IMG/VR virus record: IMGVR_UViG_3300030328_001951
Span: 1-50,454 of that record
Reading direction: 5' to 3' (one strand)
Length of the DNA stretch: 50,454 bases
Source of the DNA: a virus
Taxonomy: Duplodnaviria; Caudoviricetes
This document shows, one piece after another, positions 44,585 through 50,454 of this stretch (position 1 is the first letter of the stretch; each line of letters opens with the position of its first letter). A model generated the notes under the pieces. It had not been told where the DNA came from. It searched no databases and worked only from the letters and a program-made list of their open reading frames with translations. Position numbers and translations under genes: made by a program.

Positions 44585-44685
44585 TATTCTTCCTCATATG
44601 AATTGCATTTGCTACAGACCCAGTTATCTGTATTGTTTATCGGCTTATCACAATCTGTACAATGGTTTGGTATTGGTTGATGCAT
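44584..44685 (-). CDS. 33-aa Zn-ribbon peptide
   Basis: CTDC...CSKC; TAATG coupling at both ends. Confidence 0.55.
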   Translation of the reverse strand: MHQPIPNHCTDCDKPINNTDNWVCSKCNSYEEE

Positions 44686-45023
44686 TACTTTTTCTTTTTT
44701 CTCCAGCTAAAAGGGTTAAGGTTTAATTCTTTTTCAAAGAAAGATATGCGTTCTTCCATTGCTTCTCTTTCTTTCTGTTCTTCTATCATATGTTTATCTA
44801 CAAGTTCTTCAATGTTGGCAGTAGCAAGTTCCATTCCTCGCTCAAGTTCTGCAATTCTATTTGTAATTTGTAGGTATCCATAAACAATACCAGCGATAGC
44901 CACAAACAACTGACCAAGCCACTTGATATTAATATGGAGGGAAAAATTATCATCAATAATTCCCGTCCTGTAACTCCTAGCTGTCTTTGGCTTCTCATTC
45001 ACTTCTTTTGAACTGTTTCCCAT
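44685..45023 (-). CDS. Single-TM coiled-coil membrane protein (i-spanin-like?)
   Basis: TM segment followed by YGYLQITNRIAELE. Confidence 0.6.
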   Translation of the reverse strand: MGNSSKEVNEKPKTARSYRTGIIDDNFSLHINIKWLGQLFVAIAGIVYGYLQITNRIAELERGMELATANIEELVDKHMIEEQKEREAMEERISFFEKELNLNPFSWRKKKK

Positions 45024-45274
45024 TTTTCATGTCTATGACACCAGTTATCACCTACAAGTATTCCACCTTGTGCAGTAGTTCTTACATACCAATGATTAAC
45101 GCTATCTTGGTCTGTTATAATCATAAAGTCTGTTGTAATAGAGTCAGTAGGAGCTATATCTACTCCTGCAATAATCCAATTCCCACTACACCCACTACAA
45201 GTAGTAATAATTACTAGTAATAAAACTAAAAAAGAAATCCACCCTGCAAATACAGTTTTTTCATTTTTATTCAT
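44999..45274 (-). CDS. Lipoprotein (o-spanin-like?)
   Basis: Signal peptide with a CSGC lipobox, in the lysis cluster. Confidence 0.55.
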   Translation of the reverse strand: MNKNEKTVFAGWISFLVLLLVIITTCSGCSGNWIIAGVDIAPTDSITTDFMIITDQDSVNHWYVRTTAQGGILVGDNWCHRHEKWETVQKK

Positions 45275-45771
45275 GGTTTGTAATACTTATAAAAATCTTC
45301 AGGATTCTCTGTATCTACCACAACAAAGATTGGAGATACGATACTATTACCTGTACCTGACCCACCAATAATGGCGTATGCATATAAACCATTTTGGTAA
45401 GGACTCTTGATTGTATCATTGTCAAATAAATGTAAAAAACTTGTGTCACTAAATACTGGTACAAACTGAGCCTCTAATAATTCTTCAACTTCTATTCTTC
45501 TGTTATCATTATCATCTAATAGCACACCTACGCTACTAGTTCTATGTGCTTGACTTGGGAACTTACCCATGCCATAAACTTCTACTTGTTGGTTATACCA
45601 CATAGTAGATGCTTTTGTAATTTTTTCTAAATTTGCTTTTGTCTGTTTAGCTTTAGCTCCCTCACCGATACGACTAAAAGCAGGAGCTGCGGTAGTAGCC
45701 AAAGTAGCCATGATAGCCATGGTAACTGCAAACTCAGCCAAAGAGTTGCCTCTATTCCCCAACCCATTCAT
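45271..45771 (-). CDS. Type IV pilin / pseudopilin-like protein
   Basis: Class III signal RG|NSLAEF with Glu at +5, hydrophobic helix to P-x-F, then amphipathic AKAKQTKANLEKI and G-x-FP. Confidence 0.75.
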   Translation of the reverse strand: MNGLGNRGNSLAEFAVTMAIMATLATTAAPAFSRIGEGAKAKQTKANLEKITKASTMWYNQQVEVYGMGKFPSQAHRTSSVGVLLDDNDNRRIEVEELLEAQFVPVFSDTSFLHLFDNDTIKSPYQNGLYAYAIIGGSGTGNSIVSPIFVVVDTENPEDFYKYYKP

Positions 45772-46294
45772 CCTTTTGCATTTCAGTTATAGCTTCACTA
45801 TGAGATAAAGCAGTAATACCACTTACTCCTTTGACTTGATCTAAAGTTCCATCAGCTATTGCTAATTCATATTTAACAAGAACCTTTGTATTGTCACTGT
45901 TCCATCTTGGTGCTCCAAGCTTTCCGTATTTAAATGCACATTCTTGCCAAGTTGGGTCTTGTAATGTAGTAGTATCTACTTCTTGAGTTGTATACTTATA
46001 CTCTTCTTCAACTTGTGGTACAGAATGAGGCTCTAACATGAGTTTTTCTAATAACTCAGCTTTGGTATCGCTTGATGAATAATCTACGTCACAATCGTCC
46101 ATATACGCCTTTATTTCAGCTTTTGTGTTATCATCTGATGGGTAGTAATCATATTTATCTACCATTCTTGTAGCAGTTTTTTCAACATCTTTATAAGTAT
46201 ACTCGTTCCAAGACAATCTTTCAGCAGTTTTGAGTTTGCTTGGTAGCTTACCTTCATATACTGCTTTTGTTAATATTAAATATGTATTAGTCAT
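45752..46294 (-). CDS. Fibre-associated protein with an inserted HeH/Rho-N-like helical domain
   Basis: TKAEIKAYMDDCDVDYSSSDTKAELLEKL; directly downstream of fibre 3. Confidence 0.5.
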   Translation of the reverse strand: MTNTYLILTKAVYEGKLPSKLKTAERLSWNEYTYKDVEKTATRMVDKYDYYPSDDNTKAEIKAYMDDCDVDYSSSDTKAELLEKLMLEPHSVPQVEEEYKYTTQEVDTTTLQDPTWQECAFKYGKLGAPRWNSDNTKVLVKYELAIADGTLDQVKGVSGITALSHSEAITEMQKDEWVGE

Positions 46295-49200
46295 TTTTGT
46301 GTTTTCCTTTAGAAAATTTGTAATTCTTTAATAACTCTCCAGATGTAACAACATCAGTTGCTTCAACAGTAGTACCATCTGCTTCAAGAGCAGTTAATGC
46401 TACATTGTATACCATTAATTCATCTATAATACCCATAAAATCTTGAGTAGTTGCACTATTCCTTTTTCCTACATACCAATCTGGAGTAGCATTAATATTT
46501 CCCCTTGCAGATATATCTGTTGTAGTTTGGCATTTTAACGCACTTCCATCTGACTCACTTAAAAATATTTTTGCTAAATCACTTTCTCTATCTACAACTA
46601 CTGCAATAAAATGCCATTTGTTAGATTCTACAGTACTACTTGAACCATTGCATTCTGTGCCTGTACCATCACTTAATATAAAACGAGGTCTATCGGCACT
46701 ATCGTCTACTTGAAACTCAAATCCTTTAAAACTATCATCATTGTCTCTTGCCCATAATATTGTTTGAATACTATCTCCCACACCAAGAGTTGTTTTTATC
46801 CAAGCAGTTACAGTAAAACTACCATCTCCCATATTAAATGACTTTGTATAAGGCAATTTTAAATGTTCATCAACACCATTTAGCCTTAACACATGACTAT
46901 CAGCATTCTTTAACGGAAATCCTAATCCATCTTTGTTAGAGTTTAATCCCTCACGAATTGTGATTGAATCTGGTGTACCCGCAACTGTGCCATCATTTGT
47001 ACCAAGAAAATTTACCCCACCATTTTGTGTACCATGATTACCATTACCACTTCTATCAAGTATTTTATTACTCCCTGTTAAGTCTGGATTAGAGTGAGTA
47101 GGATTCAATAACCAATATCCAAGTAAGTTATCTGAATAACTATCAAGTAGGTTGCCATGTCTGCCAAGTGTGTAAATTCCAGACAACTCTGTTTCACTTA
47201 ATGCTTTATTATAAAAAGTTGTTTGCCCTATTTTGCCATTAAACATATAACTTGAACTATGATAAGCACCAATTATTATTTTAGTACTATTAAAATCCAA
47301 ATCACCTGCACTTGGAAAACTTCCACCACTACCACTATAGCTAACTTGAGAGCCATTTAAAAATATTTTTAGATTTGATTCACTACTTGCATCAAATGAA
47401 ACTGCTATATGATTCCATGTACCTGTTGATGGTGCAGTAAATTGTTTATTATAACCTGCATCATTAAAATATATAACAAAATTACCCCCTGCAATTATAC
47501 TAAATTCACCATGGTCACCTCCGAATGATGTTCCTGCGTTAAATAGACCATTTGAGTTAGCATCTGCATTAAACCACATACTTACTGAAAAATCACCTGC
47601 ATAGTTATCGCCTAAGAAGTCTCCAATACCTGTACCTGTATCAATGTATTCATCACTTCCATCCAAGTCTATAAAGTTATACGCAGAGTTTACTCCTGTG
47701 AGAAAGGATTGATCTGGTAGAACTGAGGAATAGACTAGATCACTTGTGGCTTGATTTGTCATTGTGCCTGTATTTCCACTTACCTCCTTGACTGATATTG
47801 AACCATTTGTAAAACTTGAACTTGCTGATGCCACTAACCAAAGAAAATCCCTATCAGTTGCAGAAAAAGTAGTGTAATATGTATTTGTACCACTTGCAAG
47901 AGCGGAATGAGAAGTTCCTGTTTTGAAATCTCCAGAAGTGTAAGTACCATCACTTTGCCCTGCATATATAAGTAATGTTCCAGAAATTGTTCCTTCCACT
48001 ACTATTTTATATACTTTAGAAGTAGATGCTCCTACTTCATTAGAATACGCATACGCATCACCACCACTTGAATTAGTAGCATTTGTTATAGTGTTACCAC
48101 TTGTTGTAAATGTTTCATATTGACTGCTAAAATTTGTGAAACTTGTAACTGCCTCCGCTCCAAGAACAGGCTCATTTACATCTATGATGGCAGGGTGAGT
48201 GTCTGATAGGTTTGGTGATTGGATTTCTTCTTTAAGGGAAAGATTATCTACCTTTACAACTTGGCTACCACTTAAACTTTCCACAACTAAAAAAACATCT
48301 GTAGCGTGTTGTGCATTAAATTCAAATGTTTTTGTTACAAAAGAAGTATTATTTAATCCAGAATGTGTTATATCTTGACTTACATTACTAACTCTTACAG
48401 TATAGGTCTTTGAGGCATCGGTAGTAAGAAAATCACCAGATAGTAAATATCTTGTTCCTACTACTAAATTTGTACTTAAATCTGAGGCATTTTTTAAAAA
48501 CCAATAAGCACCTTGATTGTTATCTACTCTTGTAATTTTTAATGTATTAGAATCATTAACAATAGTATTGCTACCATAAGCTCCCCATGCATAAGTAGAT
48601 GTTCCTTCAAATGTACTTGCGTTTGTATCTACTAACTCACCATTAAATTCCTGTCCTGTACTCTCAAATGCCCCCATGTCATAACCTGCAACCATTTGCT
48701 GTACTATGTCATCAGATGCACCATTTGTGATCGTACCATCGTTTGAGTTAGAACTTGAATCTGCTATGGTAGGATATGATGCAGATGTGTCATCCCCCAT
48801 CAACCATAGTCCTACTAACCCTGTATCAGCACTTGGATTATGAGTAATACCTTTAGAGTATTGAGCATAGATTTCATCTGCTGATTTTTCTACATTGTAC
48901 ATACTGACCGATGATATACTCATTACACAATTACGACCTATTGTATCTAATGCAAAAGTATCTGTATCAGTTGAAGTACCACCTGCTACCCCATTGAGAT
49001 ATGTTTTTATATTGCCACTTCCATCTCTTGTAAAGGCAATATGACACCACTCATTATTAGGAACACTACCTAAAATAGCTCTACCCGAACCTTGAATATA
49101 TATTCTTACTTGCCCATTAACATCCTCTACTCCAATATTAGTATTATTAATATCGGTACTATCTACTAATATACCCTTATAGTTAGTATTTACATCACCA

Positions 49201-50454
49201 TTGAACCACCAAGAAATAGTAAATGCTCCTGTAAATACTTGCCTTGTAAATGTAATCTTATCATCACTACCATCAAAATCCACTACAGAAAAGCGATTGT
49301 CTCTCATGGGAGTATAGCGTGATTTTGCAAATTGCTTTATGGTTTGAGCATCGAGTGCTGTTTTGTAAAGAGATACTGAACTTATACTACCTGTAAAAGG
49401 CAAATCATCATCAGACTCTGAACCTATAACAAAATTCACACTATCATTATCTAAACTTGCAGGAATAGAAGATGTATTAGTGTTTTCTAAAACACCATCA
49501 GCATAAACTTTTATTGATGTGCTTGGGGTATATACAGCAGTTAAATGATGCCAACTACTATCAAGTAAATTACTTGTTCCGTCTACCTCTACTTCAGTAT
49601 TACTACTTGTAATATTAAACCTAAATTTTCCTGTAGATGTTTGTAGTGCTAAATAAAAACATTTATTTGTTCCATCGTACTTAGTGACAAACCTTTGAGT
49701 TCCCGATGCAGTTGATTTAACCCATGCTGACGCAGTTAATGCACCTGTAATTTGTAAACTTGAATCATTACCACAATCTATTTTGTCATCCGTACCATCA
49801 AAATCAGTATAGAAGTCACTTCTGGCGATTGAGGTATCTTCTTCTGGTAGTACCTTATCCCCTGCTCTGAGCCATAGTTTAAGGTTGGAAGTTTTATCTG
49901 TAGCGTAAGTTGATGCTTTGGAGAGGTCTACAGGCTTAGAACAAATCTTAGAAATATCATCTGCACTTAATGCAGTATTAAAAAATGAGACCTCATCAAT
50001 TTTGCCATCAAAAAAATTACCAGTACCATTATGAGAGCCTATATATATATTAGAACCACTAACTTGAATAGAATTTGATAATGTTGTTGCAACTCCATTA
50101 ATATATATTTTTGTTTCACTATCATCATCAACTAAAGCTAAGTGATACCAATTTCCTGTAGATAATGTTGTACTTGTATATTCTACGCTCCAACTACCAC
50201 TAAAATAACTACTTATAACCTTACCATTTCCATGTAGTCCTAAAAATCTTTGATTGGTATTATCAACTTGTACAAGTCTTATATAATCTGATAATGAATT
50301 AGGATTAATCCAACAAGAAATAGTATATGTAGCGTTGGTATCACTACCAATATCGCATTTTAAATAATCATTAGAACCATCGAAATTGAAGGAAAAGTCG
50401 TTAGGGAAACCAGTTAGTGGCTGACCTGATAACAGGTTGCCAAGACCGAGTCCA
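46287..50454 (-). CDS. LamG multi-domain tail fibre 3 (5'-truncated; start just beyond the window end)
   Basis: The frame of track ORF 46287-49439 is open to 50453 (GLGLGNLLSGQPLTGFPNDFSFNFDGSND...). Five LamG units. Confidence 0.85.
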   Translation of the reverse strand, partial: GLGLGNLLSGQPLTGFPNDFSFNFDGSNDYLKCDIGSDTNATYTISCWINPNSLSDYIRLVQVDNTNQRFLGLHGNGKVISSYFSGSWSVEYTSTTLSTGNWYHLALVDDDSETKIYINGVATTLSNSIQVSGSNIYIGSHNGTGNFFDGKIDEVSFFNTALSADDISKICSKPVDLSKASTYATDKTSNLKLWLRAGDKVLPEEDTSIARSDFYTDFDGTDDKIDCGNDSSLQITGALTASAWVKSTASGTQRFVTKYDGTNKCFYLALQTSTGKFRFNITSSNTEVEVDGTSNLLDSSWHHLTAVYTPSTSIKVYADGVLENTNTSSIPASLDNDSVNFVIGSESDDDLPFTGSISSVSLYKTALDAQTIKQFAKSRYTPMRDNRFSVVDFDGSDDKITFTRQVFTGAFTISWWFNGDVNTNYKGILVDSTDINNTNIGVEDVNGQVRIYIQGSGRAILGSVPNNEWCHIAFTRDGSGNIKTYLNGVAGGTSTDTDTFALDTIGRNCVMSISSVSMYNVEKSADEIYAQYSKGITHNPSADTGLVGLWLMGDDTSASYPTIADSSSNSNDGTITNGASDDIVQQMVAGYDMGAFESTGQEFNGELVDTNASTFEGTSTYAWGAYGSNTIVNDSNTLKITRVDNNQGAYWFLKNASDLSTNLVVGTRYLLSGDFLTTDASKTYTVRVSNVSQDITHSGLNNTSFVTKTFEFNAQHATDVFLVVESLSGSQVVKVDNLSLKEEIQSPNLSDTHPAIIDVNEPVLGAEAVTSFTNFSSQYETFTTSGNTITNATNSSGGDAYAYSNEVGASTSKVYKIVVEGTISGTLLIYAGQSDGTYTSGDFKTGTSHSALASGTNTYYTTFSATDRDFLWLVASASSSFTNGSISVKEVSGNTGTMTNQATSDLVYSSVLPDQSFLTGVNSAYNFIDLDGSDEYIDTGTGIGDFLGDNYAGDFSVSMWFNADANSNGLFNAGTSFGGDHGEFSIIAGGNFVIYFNDAGYNKQFTAPSTGTWNHIAVSFDASSESNLKIFLNGSQVSYSGSGGSFPSAGDLDFNSTKIIIGAYHSSSYMFNGKIGQTTFYNKALSETELSGIYTLGRHGNLLDSYSDNLLGYWLLNPTHSNPDLTGSNKILDRSGNGNHGTQNGGVNFLGTNDGTVAGTPDSITIREGLNSNKDGLGFPLKNADSHVLRLNGVDEHLKLPYTKSFNMGDGSFTVTAWIKTTLGVGDSIQTILWARDNDDSFKGFEFQVDDSADRPRFILSDGTGTECNGSSSTVESNKWHFIAVVVDRESDLAKIFLSESDGSALKCQTTTDISARGNINATPDWYVGKRNSATTQDFMGIIDELMVYNVALTALEADGTTVEATDVVTSGELLKNYKFSKGKHKND

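Noticed and set aside
44798-44998. 66-aa alternate-frame ORF as an embedded spanin
   Set aside because: No clear lipobox at a signal-peptide position, and its hydrophobicity mirrors the TM codons of the host gene. A separate lipoprotein gene already exists next door.
46287-49439. GTG at 49439 as the start of fibre 3
   Set aside because: The frame is open to the window end and encodes two further LamG units upstream.
895-49730. Diversity-generating retroelement (TR/VR pairs) in the fibre repeats
   Set aside because: Mismatches involve all four bases, both copies lie in coding fibre genes, and no reverse transcriptase motif was seen.
1-50454. Stop-codon reassignment as in some crAss-like phages; integrase or prophage boundaries
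   Set aside because: Genes are full-length and tightly packed in the standard code with TAA, TAG and TGA all used as stops. No integrase, repressor or host genes were recognised.

Overview
This is an AT-rich tailed-phage (Caudoviricetes, podovirus-type) genome, probably nearly complete. Both window ends fall inside LamG-rich tail-fibre genes, which would be neighbours on a circular map. The layout has three blocks. (i) Minus-strand morphogenesis arm, 14290 to 1: TerS, TerL, P22-like portal, scaffold, major capsid, decoration protein, split head-tail adaptor and two LamG fibres. (ii) Plus-strand early/replication arm, 14467-26796: sigma70 promoter, many small ORFs, a cluster of structured non-coding RNA candidates, DUF932, ERF, SSB, AEP primase-helicase, Hjc-like resolvase, a histone-fold protein and a MazG-like protein. 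No DNA polymerase was recognised. (iii) Minus-strand arm, 50454 to 26944: third LamG fibre, a type IV pilin, a membrane/lysis cluster with an M15 endolysin, a metallophosphoesterase, tail nozzle, ejection proteins, a 3057-aa giant protein and a zincin. The most striking locus is the giant gene. It looks like a virion-packaged two-barrel RNA polymerase (GGADKDAD), carries an intact inserted AlkB 2OG-Fe(II) dioxygenase domain, and has a 103-codon membrane-protein ORF with its own RBS overprinted across the polymerase active site. All calls come from reading motifs by eye; no database searches or folding programs were run.
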